Positions 19,066 through 27,165 of a DNA stretch of 64,000 nucleotides are shown piece by piece. The position numbers and the translations under genes are program-made. The notes below the pieces were generated by a model. That model had not been told where the DNA came from and searched no databases. It saw only the letters and a list, made by a program, of their open reading frames with translations. The DNA comes from an uncultured delta proteobacterium (GTDB taxonomy: Bacteria; Myxococcota_A; UBA9160; SMWR01): contig CAWHTE010000003.1 in the NCBI GenBank assembly GCA_963832165.1, forward strand, positions 672,001 through 736,000, read 5' to 3'. Numbering within the stretch: position 1 is the first letter of the stretch; every line of letters starts with the position of its first letter.

Positions 19066-20486
19066 CTCGCGCGGCTCCCGAGGACGAGGGCCTCGAACTG
19101 CTCGCGCACCTCTGCGCGGGTGCGCGCGAGATCGTCCTCGAAGCGCTGGGCGGCGCGTTCCGCCTCGGCATCCGCATAGCCCATCCGGCGCGCGAGCGCG
19201 GTGCGCTCCACGAGATTGCGCGGCAGCTGGGCGGTCTGTTGCTCTTCCGCGAGCTGGAGCGCGTGCTCGGCTTGCCGCAGCCAGCGATAGCCGTTCGCGA
19301 GCACGATCGCCGAGCTCGCGGGCAGGATCTCTGCGCGCGCGAGGCCATCGATCGCCGCGAGCACGTTCCCCGTGCGCAGCTCGGGCCGGCGCCCCGCGTG
19401 GAAGAGCTGGAGCGCCTGGACCGTGAATTCGACGTCGCGGATCCCGCCCGGACCCTCCTTGAGATTCTCGTCGACGTCGTGTCCGTGCTCGCGCCGTTCG
19501 GTCTCGATCCGGGTCTTCATCGCACGTACCGCATCGATCACGCCGGGATCGATTGCGCGCCGGTACACGAATGGCTCGATGCCGCGCTCGAACTCCCGAG
19601 CGACCTGCGGCGCGCCCGCGAGATGGCGCAGCCGCAAGAGCATCTGGCGCTCCCACTCGGCGCCGCGCAGCTCGTAGTAGCCGAGCGTTCCCTCGACGCC
19701 GCGCACGAGCGTCCCCGCCGCGCCCTCGGGTCGCAGATCGAGGTCGACGCGGTAGGCGAAGCCGAGCTCGGTGGGCTCGCTGAGCCGCCGCTTGAGCTCC
19801 TGCACCACGGCCGATGCCGATTCGCGCGCGGCGTGTCCGCTTTCGTCGGGAGGTGCATCGCAGACGAACAGTAGATCCACGTCGGAGGAGAAGTTGAGCT
19901 CGCGCCCGCCGAGCTTGCCGAGCGCGAACAGCGCCGGTGGCTCGCGCTCGCCCGACGCGAGGACGAGCGCGCGGCGCAGGATGTCGTCGGCGAGGTCGGA
20001 GAGCTCGGTGAGTCCGGCTTCGAACGGGCGCGCGCGATCGCGCGCGGCGATCCGCAACAGACCGCGGTACTTGGAGCGGTGCAGCGCGGCCCAGTCCGCG
20101 TGCTCCGAAACGGGTTCGGGCGCCGGGGCGAGCTCATGCGCGAGGTCCTGCGTCCACTCCGGTTCGCGTGTGAGCCAGCGCCCGAGGAAGTGACTGTCGC
20201 CGAGCACGCGCGCGAGCGCGACGCTCGCGCGGAGTGCGCTACGGGTCCGTTCGCGGTGTGCGTGCGCGACCTCGACGAGACGCCGCGCGCCCGCCACCGC
20301 GCTCGCGCTCGCGATCAGCGCCGGAAGCCAGTCCTCGAGCTGCGGCGCGAGATCCGGATCGCGCGCGGCCGCGACGAGCGCCTGCGCCTCCTCGGCCGGC
20401 GCGACCGAACCTGCGCGCGCGAGATCTTCGACGTGCGGGTCGCCAGCGCGCAGCGACTCGATCACGCGTCGGGCGAGCTCGTTCAC
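19062..20486 (-). CDS. glnE: Glutamine synthetase adenylyltransferase, N-terminal (AR-like) half
   Basis: LGKLGGRELNFSSDVDLLF, YRVDLDLRPEG, WERQMLLR, KEGPGGIRDVEFTVQALQL. Start uncertain. Confidence 0.85.
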   Translation of the reverse strand: MNELARRVIESLRAGDPHVEDLARAGSVAPAEEAQALVAAARDPDLAPQLEDWLPALIASASAVAGARRLVEVAHAHRERTRSALRASVALARVLGDSHFLGRWLTREPEWTQDLAHELAPAPEPVSEHADWAALHRSKYRGLLRIAARDRARPFEAGLTELSDLADDILRRALVLASGEREPPALFALGKLGGRELNFSSDVDLLFVCDAPPDESGHAARESASAVVQELKRRLSEPTELGFAYRVDLDLRPEGAAGTLVRGVEGTLGYYELRGAEWERQMLLRLRHLAGAPQVAREFERGIEPFVYRRAIDPGVIDAVRAMKTRIETERREHGHDVDENLKEGPGGIRDVEFTVQALQLFHAGRRPELRTGNVLAAIDGLARAEILPASSAIVLANGYRWLRQAEHALQLAEEQQTAQLPRNLVERTALARRMGYADAEAERAAQRFEDDLARTRAEVREQFEALVLGSRAR

Positions 20487-20583
20487 GCGCGGGCCAGGGT
20501 AGCGCGATCGCGCTCGGGCTATCGTGCCGCGCAAGCGGTTCCCCCGCGCGCAGCGAGGCGGAGCCGAGCGGAGATCGGTAGGG

Positions 20584-20856
20584 ATGGAAGCACGCGATTC
20601 GATCGGCTTCTTCGGACTCGCGCTGTCTCCGCGCGTGGTCCGGCGTGCGCTGCTCTACGCCGTGGTGGTGGGTGCGATCCTGATCGCGATCAACCACGGC
20701 GACGCGCTCCTGGCCGGCGAGGTCGGGGCCGAGCGCTGGTGGAAGATGGGCCTCACGGTGCTCGTGCCCTACACCGTCTCGACGCTGTCGAGTGTCGGAG
20801 CGCTGCGCTCCTCGCAGGCGCCTTCCGCGCTCCGCGGAGATCCGGAGGCTCGCTAG
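20584..20856 (+). CDS. NrtS-like small membrane protein
   Basis: RAL..AVVVGAILIAINHGD...LTVLVPYTVST pattern with two TM segments. Confidence 0.75.
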   Translation: MEARDSIGFFGLALSPRVVRRALLYAVVVGAILIAINHGDALLAGEVGAERWWKMGLTVLVPYTVSTLSSVGALRSSQAPSALRGDPEAR

Positions 20857-21245
20857 AAGCGCACCTCGACCGTCAGGCCCACGCTCTTCTTCTTGCGCAC
20901 GATCGGGCCCTGGAAGCCGAGCTCGATCGGCGAGTCGCCGAGCTTCATCTCGTGGCGATACTCGAGGCCGACGCCCTTCTTGTAATGGACGTTCTCGCCC
21001 ATCCATGCAGGCGGTCGGTCGGCGTTCGGGCTGAGCCACCGAAACGACGTGGGCAACGGCCGCGGAAGCGGATCGGCCGCGCCGCTCATCGGCAGGCCCA
21101 CGGCAAGTCCCACGCCGAGCGTGGCGAGCCACGCGCCGGGAGCGCGCGAGAGATCGGTGAGGTCCGGAAGGAGGTCCGAGAGGTCGTCCGTGAGGTCCAG
21201 AAGGAGATCCGAGAGGTCCGGAAGGTTGGGCAGGGGGTTTGTCAT
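20853..21245 (-). CDS. Hypothetical 130-aa protein with acidic Leu/Asp repeat and C-terminal beta-signal
   Basis: Strong GGAGGTG RBS, upstream sigma54-type promoter, ends GLTVEVRF. Confidence 0.65.
   Translation of the reverse strand: MTNPLPNLPDLSDLLLDLTDDLSDLLPDLTDLSRAPGAWLATLGVGLAVGLPMSGAADPLPRPLPTSFRWLSPNADRPPAWMGENVHYKKGVGLEYRHEMKLGDSPIELGFQGPIVRKKKSVGLTVEVRF
21153..21218 (-). repeat. Imperfect 33-bp in-frame tandem duplication
   Basis: Encodes DLSDLLLDLTD followed by DLSDLLPDLTD. Confidence 0.8.
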
Positions 21246-21282
21246 GGCGTCGCACCTCCGGTGCGAATCTGGCCTGTGGTAT

Positions 21283-21298
21283 TGCAACGGCCGTGCCT
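21283..21298 (-). promoter_or_regulatory. Sigma54 (-24/-12) promoter
   Basis: Minus strand AGGCACG-GCCG-TTGCA matches TGGCACG-N4-TTGCW with exact spacing, about 40 bp upstream of the ATG at 21245. Confidence 0.7.
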
Positions 21299-21464
21299 GG
21301 GTGTCTCACGGGTGATCATTTAGATACCCGAGTAGAAACAGATACTTATGCCATGGCACTCGAAGCGATTCCGCAATTGTGGGTACTCCTGTGCCCAGCT
21401 CGGGCACTTCGCGCGGCTCGAATTGCACGTGGTTGCCGGTGCGAGAGCGTGTTTCAATCGCCCG

Positions 21465-22091
21465 ATGGAAGAGCGCGCGAAGCGGATCGTGGTGGCCGCG
21501 ATCGAGCTCGCCGAGAAGGGTGGCTTCGAGGGCGTGCGGCTGCGCGACGTGGCCGCGCACGCGAATGTGGCGCTGGGCACCGTCTATCGCCGGTTTCGCA
21601 GCAAGGAAGACCTCCTGCTCGCGGCGCTCGAGCTCCAGATGGCGTCGCTCGAGCAGCGGATCGACGCGGTGCCGCTCGCGGGCGTCGCGCCGCTCCACCG
21701 CGTCCACGAGTTCTTCCGCCTCACCACCGACGGCATGTGTTCGCGCCCACACCTCGCGCGCGCTCTCGTGCGCGCGGTGGTGGCGGGCGGACCGGACCTC
21801 TCGCAGCGCGTGGCGGCGTTCCATCACCGCATCGAGGCGATGATCGCGCGCGCGTTGCGCGGCCGCGGCGACCCCGAGCCGCCCAACGAGATCGAGCGGC
21901 GCGTGGCGAAGGCCCTCGTGCATGTCTGGTTCGCGTCGCTCACGGGCTGGGCGAGCGGACTGCGCGGCGTCGACGAGGTCGTCGAGGAGACGCGCAGCGC
22001 GGCGGAGCTGATCCTGGGCGGATCGGCACGCACGGAGCCGTCGGTGTCCGACGGCGATTCCGGCTTGCCGCCCCAGAGGGAACATGTTTGA
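21465..22091 (+). CDS. TetR family regulator, KstR-like
   Basis: ERAKRIVVAAIELAEKGGFEGVRLRDVAAHANVALGTVYRRFRSKEDLL; C-terminal HVWFASLTGWASG. Confidence 0.88.
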   Translation: MEERAKRIVVAAIELAEKGGFEGVRLRDVAAHANVALGTVYRRFRSKEDLLLAALELQMASLEQRIDAVPLAGVAPLHRVHEFFRLTTDGMCSRPHLARALVRAVVAGGPDLSQRVAAFHHRIEAMIARALRGRGDPEPPNEIERRVAKALVHVWFASLTGWASGLRGVDEVVEETRSAAELILGGSARTEPSVSDGDSGLPPQREHV

Positions 22092-22143
22092 ATCCGGGCC
22101 CGAGAGCGACCCGAGCCAAGACTAGGAGAGGGTGAGGACGACC

Positions 22144-22338
22144 ATGAAGATCGTGATCGACTACGACCTGTGCGAGGCCAACGCGGTGTGCATGGACGTC
22201 TGCCCCGAGTGCTTTCGCGTCGAAGAAGACGACACGCTCACCGTTCTGATCGACCGACCGCCGGAGAAGCTGCGCGCGAAAGTCGAAGAGGCGGTGCGTC
22301 TCTGCCCGCGCCAGGCGATCTCGCTCGTCGAAGACTGA
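22144..22338 (+). CDS. Single-cluster ferredoxin ([3Fe-4S]-type, FdxD-like)
   Basis: CEANAVC...CPRQAI (CxxNxxC...CP). Confidence 0.9.
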   Translation: MKIVIDYDLCEANAVCMDVCPECFRVEEDDTLTVLIDRPPEKLRAKVEEAVRLCPRQAISLVED

Positions 22339-22507
22339 TCCCAAATCGACAACTGGATCGGCAACTAGCGCGTCATTTTTTCAGGGCCGGGTAAATCGTC
22401 CCGATCAGCGACACGCAGAATCGCGCCGAACGCCGCACACACGCGCGTAGGGGATTTCGGCCTGATCCTTGCAGCCCTTCCCGCCCTAACAGGCGGAGGT
22501 GTGCAGC

Positions 22508-22705
22508 TTGGACCCCCTCGTGGAATTCGTGCTTCGATTTCGAGAATGCCAGCGAGAGAACGAAACGAAGGACCGTCAGTCCATTCCGTCACTGCTCGTG
22601 AAGCGCTCGTTGCGCGCGGCGCCGGTTTCGATCCAAGCGGAAAGCGCACAGGTTCTCGGTAAGCCGGAGCGACGCATTCCCGCCCGGATGGGGCACGCCG
22701 CCTAA
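22508..22705 (+). CDS. Hypothetical small protein
   Basis: GGAGGT RBS before a TTG start; the stop overlaps the next ATG (TAATG). Confidence 0.35.
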   Translation: MDPLVEFVLRFRECQRENETKDRQSIPSLLVKRSLRAAPVSIQAESAQVLGKPERRIPARMGHAA

Positions 22706-22935
22706 TGCCCCAGTCGACCATGACGTCCGATCAACTCAAGAAGATTCGGCGTGAGGCGCTCGAGGAGATCACGGAAGGTCGGGGCCTCCGGCCTTGGGGT
22801 CTGTGTGCCCTGGTCGGAAGCCTCAAAGGCGAGTTGCTCCGACTCCGTCGCGAGCAGCCCGAGAGCGAGTGGGCTTCCTGGTGGCTTCTCGAGATCGAGA
22901 GCCAGACCGCTCCGCGAGAGTCACAGCGCTCCTAG
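22705..22935 (+). CDS. Hypothetical small helical protein
   Basis: 76-aa ORF with protein-like composition, coupled to the previous ORF. Confidence 0.45.
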   Translation: MPQSTMTSDQLKKIRREALEEITEGRGLRPWGLCALVGSLKGELLRLRREQPESEWASWWLLEIESQTAPRESQRS

Positions 22936-22960
22936 CGCTCGCGACTGATGCGGAATGAAG

Positions 22961-23036
22961 TGGTGGAGCTGAGGGGAATCGAACCCCTGACCCTCAGACT
23001 GCCAGCCTGATGCTCTCCCAGCTGAGCTACAGCCCC
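22961..23036 (-). tRNA. tRNA-Ala(GGC)
   Basis: GGGGCTGTAGCTCAGCTGGGAGAGC...CTGGCAG...GGTTCGATTCCCCTCAGCTCCACCA; G3:U70 pair; CCA encoded. Confidence 0.97.
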
Positions 23037-23047
23037 ACGGGTTTCGC

Positions 23048-23076
23048 AAGCTAACCCCCGCTGTCTCGACTGTCAA
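23048..23076 (-). promoter_or_regulatory. Sigma70 promoter of tRNA-Ala
   Basis: TTGACA-17 bp-TAGCTT just upstream of the tRNA 5' end. Confidence 0.75.
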
Positions 23077-23138
23077 AACGCCGCGCGCGCTTGCTGGGGC
23101 GTTCGAGACTCGGCGTGTTACCTTGCGCGGCGATTCCT

Positions 23139-23222
23139 GCCGGAGTGGCGGAATTGGCATACGCAGGGCACTCAAAATGCCCCGGTCGCAAGGCCTTGTG
23201 GGTTCGAATCCCACCTCCGGCA
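23139..23222 (+). tRNA. tRNA-Leu(CAA)
   Basis: GCCGGAGTGGCGGAATTGGCATACGCA GGGCA-CTCAAAA-TGCCC, long variable arm, GGTTCGAATCCC; followed by CCG, so CCA is not encoded. Confidence 0.96.
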
Positions 23223-23236
23223 CCGGGGGTTCGTCC

Positions 23237-23560
23237 GTGACTTCTGTCACCGCTGCGCGCACGGCGGCACGTGCGCTCGCCGTGCTCGCATTGCTCGCGC
23301 CGCTATTTCTCGCCGAGCGCGCGGATGCGCAGTACCGCGAATTCGTGGGCCGGGTCGTTTCGATCGATGCGCAATCGCTCGTCGTCAAGGATCGCCGCGG
23401 CAACAAGGTGAGCTTCGCGCGCGCCGATCACACGGCCGTCGAGGGCAACAAGAGCGCGTGGGACGCGATCGCGACCGGGGACAAAGTGATCGTGCGCTGG
23501 AAGCTCACCGACGGGACCCTGTGGCGCGTGATCGTGCTCGAGGGCCCACCGAAGGGCTGA
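23237..23560 (+). CDS. Secreted small beta-rich (OB-fold-like) protein
   Basis: Signal peptide ending ADA; GRVVSID...LVVKD...GDKVIVRW. Confidence 0.65.
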   Translation: MTSVTAARTAARALAVLALLAPLFLAERADAQYREFVGRVVSIDAQSLVVKDRRGNKVSFARADHTAVEGNKSAWDAIATGDKVIVRWKLTDGTLWRVIVLEGPPKG

Positions 23561-23577
23561 CGCGCTAGCTTCCCTGA

Positions 23578-24739
23578 ATGGCCAATCCGGCCCGACCGCC
23601 GCTCTCTCCCGAGCAGTACGATCGCTACCGGCGCCACCTGATCCTGCCGGAGATCGGCCTCGAGGGTCAGCGCGCGTTGCTCGACGCGCGCGTGCTGCTG
23701 ATCGGGGCGGGCGGCCTCGGGTGCCCCACCGCGCAGTATCTCGCGGCCGCGGGTGTCGGTACGCTCGGGATCGTCGACTTCGACCACGTCGACGCCTCGA
23801 ACCTGCACCGCCAGGTGCTCTACGGCACGGCGGACGTCGGCCGCGCAAAGGTCGACGTGGCAGCCGAGCGGATCGGCGCGATGAACCCGGACGTGCTCGT
23901 CGAGCGTCATGCGCTGCGGCTCTCCTCCGAGAACGCGCTCGCGCTGTTCGCGGAGTACGACGTGATCGTCGACGGCGCGGACAATTTCCCGACGCGCTAT
24001 CTGACCAACGACGCGTGCGTGCTGCTAGGCCGGCCCAACGTTCACGGCTCGATCTTCCGGTTCGATGGACAGGCGACCGTTTTCGACGCGCGCCACGGGC
24101 CCTGTTACCGCTGCCTCTACCCGGAGCCGCCGCCGCCCGGGTGCGGTGCCCTCGTGCGCCGAGGGCGGAGTCCTCGGCGTGCTGCCGGGGCTCGTCGCGC
24201 TGATCCAGGCCACCGAGACGGTCAAGATCGTCACGGGCGTGGGCGAGCCGCTGTACGGCCGGCTGCTCCAGTACGAAGCGCTGCGGATGGAGTTCCACGA
24301 GTTCCGCGTGAAGAAGGATGCGGAGTGCCCGGTGTGCGGGCCGTCGCCCTCCATCACCGAGCTGATCGACTACGAGGGCTTCTGCGGGGTGCCCGCGGAG
24401 GCGTCGCGCGCGCCATTCGGAGAGATCTCTGCGCATGGGCTCGCGACGCGGCGCGCTGCAGGCGAGGACCTCCTGCTGCTCGACGTGCGCGAGCCCGATG
24501 AGTGGGAGAAGGCGCGCATCGCGGGCGCGCAGCTGATCCCGCTCGGAACTCTCGGATCCCGGATCGCGGAGCTCGCTGATTGGCGCACGCGCCCGGTGGT
24601 CGTGCACTGCCATCACGGCGGGCGCAGCGCGAAGGCCTGTGCGCAGCTGGTCGCGGCTGGGTTCGCGCGTGTCGAGAATCTCGCGGGCGGCATCGACGCG
24701 TGGTCGCTCACCGTCGATCCCGACGTGCCGCGCTACTGA
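23578..24739 (+). CDS. moeB: MoeB/MoeZ-type ThiF adenylyltransferase with rhodanese domain, frameshifted near 24140
   Basis: RYRRHLILPEIG, GAGGLG, SNLHRQ, CYRC; second frame PSCAEGGVLG, CPVC, CHHGGRS. Confidence 0.9.
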
Positions 24740-24745
24740 GGATCC

Positions 24746-25090
24746 ATGGCGAAGGCAAAGATCCCCGATCCGCTCGAACGCCGGCACCTCGTGGAGAAGG
24801 AACTGCCGGCCGCGCAGGCGCGCGCGATCGCGGACGCCTACCTCGCCGAAGACCGCTGTGTCGAGGCGGTCGACTTTCTCAAGATCGCCGGAGCCGGCGA
24901 AGCGCTCGCCGCGCTGCGCGAGCGCTCGATCGCGGAGGGCGACGCGTTTCTCTTGCGCGCGGTCGCGGGTGCGCAGGGGGTGCCGCCTTCGCGCGCCGAT
25001 TGGCAGAAGCTCGGCGCGGGAGCCACCGCGCACGGCCGCGAGCGTTATGCGGTCGAAGCGCGGCGCCAGATCGAGCGCGGCGAGGACTGA
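24746..25090 (+). CDS. Hypothetical helical (TPR-like) protein
   Basis: 114-aa ORF 6 bp after the moeB stop, GAGG RBS, host-like codon usage. Confidence 0.75.
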   Translation: MAKAKIPDPLERRHLVEKELPAAQARAIADAYLAEDRCVEAVDFLKIAGAGEALAALRERSIAEGDAFLLRAVAGAQGVPPSRADWQKLGAGATAHGRERYAVEARRQIERGED

Positions 25091-25223
25091 ACCCCGCGGC
25101 GCAATAACCGCGCGCGTGCGCACGCTTGGCACGGCGGGATGCACACGCCCCGCGCTCGCGCCCCGGGCTCGAGCGGCGCGGTGCCCGCTGCCATCTTTGA
25201 ACCCGCCGTGGCTGTGATACTCT

Positions 25224-25356
25224 GGCTATTGCGTGCGAGTGGCCCCTGGAATCGCTCGATCTCGGCGCTCCCTGGATGCGCCTCTGATTCCCGGCCCGCA
25301 CGCGCAGTCGCCCCCGACGCGGCCGCTCCCAGTGCGGGCGCTCGGCTGCGGGGGGC
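25224..25356 (+). ncRNA. Candidate structured 5' leader of hpf (two long hairpins)
   Basis: Nested pairs GCGTGCG/CGCACGC, GGCC/GGCC, GGAATC/GATTCC, GGCGC/GCGCC; second hairpin GCCCCC/GGGGGC, GCGGCCG/CGGCTGC; extended -10 TGATACTCT immediately upstream. Confidence 0.4.
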
Positions 25357-25376
25357 TCGCATAGAAGAGGGTAGGC

Positions 25377-25721
25377 ATGTCGATGTCGCGAATCCCGTCG
25401 GTCGTCTTGCACTTCCGTGACCTGGATATCGATGAGACGGTTCGAGATGCCGTTCATCGCCGCTGCGATCATCTCGCCGACGAGTTTCACGAAGTGAGTC
25501 GATTCGAGGTGACGATCGCGGGGGACGGCGTGGGCTATAGCGCGCACGGGCACGCGACCGGGAAGAACACCGACATCGCGACCCACGCCAATGCCGAAGC
25601 GCCGCGCGCGGCCTCGGACCAGGTGCTCGACAAGATCGAGCGCCAGCTCCGCCGCGTTCACGAGAAGCGGATCTTCGCGCGCCGGCGCGAGGCGCGGCGC
25701 GAGAAGGGTCTGATCAGCTAG
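25377..25721 (+). CDS. hpf: Ribosome hibernation factor HPF/RaiA (S30EA) family
   Basis: LHFRDLDIDETVRDAV...AASDQVLDKIERQLRR. Confidence 0.8.
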   Translation: MSMSRIPSVVLHFRDLDIDETVRDAVHRRCDHLADEFHEVSRFEVTIAGDGVGYSAHGHATGKNTDIATHANAEAPRAASDQVLDKIERQLRRVHEKRIFARRREARREKGLIS

Positions 25722-26206
25722 TCGCTTCGCTTCGCGGCGCCGTGTCCCTTGCCCTTGCCCTTGCTCTTTCCGTGGGCTTTGCCGCGGTTCGCCTTGGCCG
25801 CCTTCGCGCGGAGGCCTCCGGGCACGCGGTCGTCGGGGCAGGGCTCCCAGCGCGCGTCGATGTAGGGGGCCTGGATCCACTGGCCTGCGTCGAGGCGCAG
25901 GTAGACGCCGTTCCAGTAGTAGTAGTTCGGGAGGCCGACCACCACGTAGACGCCGAGTCCGCTGTCGAACACGAGATCCACCGTGCTCTCGCGGTGCTGG
26001 TAGGCGCGTTGGTGCTTCTGCCGATACCCGTGTGCGGGCGCCCACGGCGGCGGACCGCCCCTGTGGCTCTCCTGGACGACCACCGGACCCCTCGGCGCGG
26101 GCGGTCCACCTCGGCCGACCGTGACCGAGTGCACGGGACCACACGCGAGCAGCGAGCCGCAGCCCGCGCAGGCGAGCAGCAGCGACAGCGAACGGACGAA
26201 GCGCAT
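25718..26206 (-). CDS. Hypothetical lipoprotein with PPPWAPAHGYR motif and basic tail
   Basis: Signal peptide with lipobox-like LLAC; GPPPWAPAHGYR; KGKGKGH tail. Confidence 0.75.
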   Translation of the reverse strand: MRFVRSLSLLLACAGCGSLLACGPVHSVTVGRGGPPAPRGPVVVQESHRGGPPPWAPAHGYRQKHQRAYQHRESTVDLVFDSGLGVYVVVGLPNYYYWNGVYLRLDAGQWIQAPYIDARWEPCPDDRVPGGLRAKAAKANRGKAHGKSKGKGKGHGAAKRSD

Positions 26207-26350
26207 CGTTGATCCTCTCAGCTCGACCGCCGCGTGAGCGCGCGATCGCTGAGAGAGATCGGCTGCTGGCGTGCGCCGCTTGATCGCCGCGCTTGGTCGA
26301 AGTGGTGACGTGGACCACAAATTCGGAAGAGGGAGTCGCGCGGCAGGCGT

Positions 26351-26794
26351 TCAGGGCTTGAGATCGACCGCCGCCCGGTAGCTGCCATCCATGTAGAAGG
26401 GCACCGAGACGTGCTCGTGGGTCACCTTCCACTCGCGGCCAATCCTGCAGAAGCAGACCGTCGCGCGCACCCAGACGTCGGACGTCTCTCCATCGGTTCT
26501 CGCACCGTGGATTCGATTCGACATCCGCGCGAAGGCCACGTCGCTTCCGGCCGTGACGTGCACGTCTCGGATCTCGATGCCGATCGGCCCGCTCCAGCTG
26601 CGGAACCACTCCTCGAAGTTCCTGCGCAGAGTGGCGGTGCCCCGGTTCCAGAGCGGCGGCGCCAGATCGGCCGTGACCGCGTCCGGCGCATAGAGCGGCA
26701 TGAGACGCTCGACGTCCTTCGCGCGGACCGCGGCGGCCCAGGCGTCGATCTTGGCGCGAACCTCGTTCTCGTCGTGTTGATGAGAGGTCGTCAT
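26351..26794 (-). CDS. SnoaL/NTF2-like (YybH family) protein
   Basis: WAAAVRAKD, WVRATVCF, WKVTHEHVSVPF. Confidence 0.9.
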   Translation of the reverse strand: MTTSHQHDENEVRAKIDAWAAAVRAKDVERLMPLYAPDAVTADLAPPLWNRGTATLRRNFEEWFRSWSGPIGIEIRDVHVTAGSDVAFARMSNRIHGARTDGETSDVWVRATVCFCRIGREWKVTHEHVSVPFYMDGSYRAAVDLKP

Positions 26795-26908
26795 CGCGGG
26801 ACTCCTTCGTCTTGGAGCGCTGTGCGCTCCCATGGAACTGACGGACGGGTCAGCGATGTTTCGACAATCTCCTGCGGCTTTTCGGGCAGGTCGAACAAAC
26901 GAGGGAAG

Positions 26909-27007
26909 TGGCGGAAGCGGACGGGAATCGAACCCGCCAGGACTGCGTTGCCGCACTCCTCATCGGATTTGAAGTCCGAGCCCGGCACCAGCACGGGGAA
27001 CGCTTCC
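26909..27007 (-). tRNA. selC: tRNA-Sec(UCA)
   Basis: GGAAGCG.../...CGCTTCC-G-CCA; anticodon arm TCGGA-CTTCAAA-TCCGA; long D-stem with a TGGT loop; long variable arm; G73; 99 nt. Confidence 0.95.
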
Positions 27008-27165
27008 AGCGACGACTCTAGTGCAGGTCGGGTGAGAAGAGCGAGGGCACCGCGCACGGGCGGCCTGCCCGTGTGCCGAGACCTCAGAGCGGCGCGTTGT
27101 GTTCGAGATCACAGACGTCGAGCGAGAGATCCTCGATCTACTCCCCTAATCGGGGGGACAGGCGA

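Noticed and set aside
20540..20575. REP-like intergenic sequence GCGCAGCGAGGCGGAGCCGAGCGGAG
   Set aside because: No convincing second copy in this window; it needs a genome-wide search.
21160..21225. GGTCCGGAAGG resembling the SRP RNA loop
   Set aside because: It is part of the coding tandem repeat and has no flanking SRP helix.
25127..25143. Sigma54 promoter TGGCACGGCGGGATGCA upstream of hpf
   Set aside because: GG-to-GC spacing is one base too long and the -12 TT is absent.
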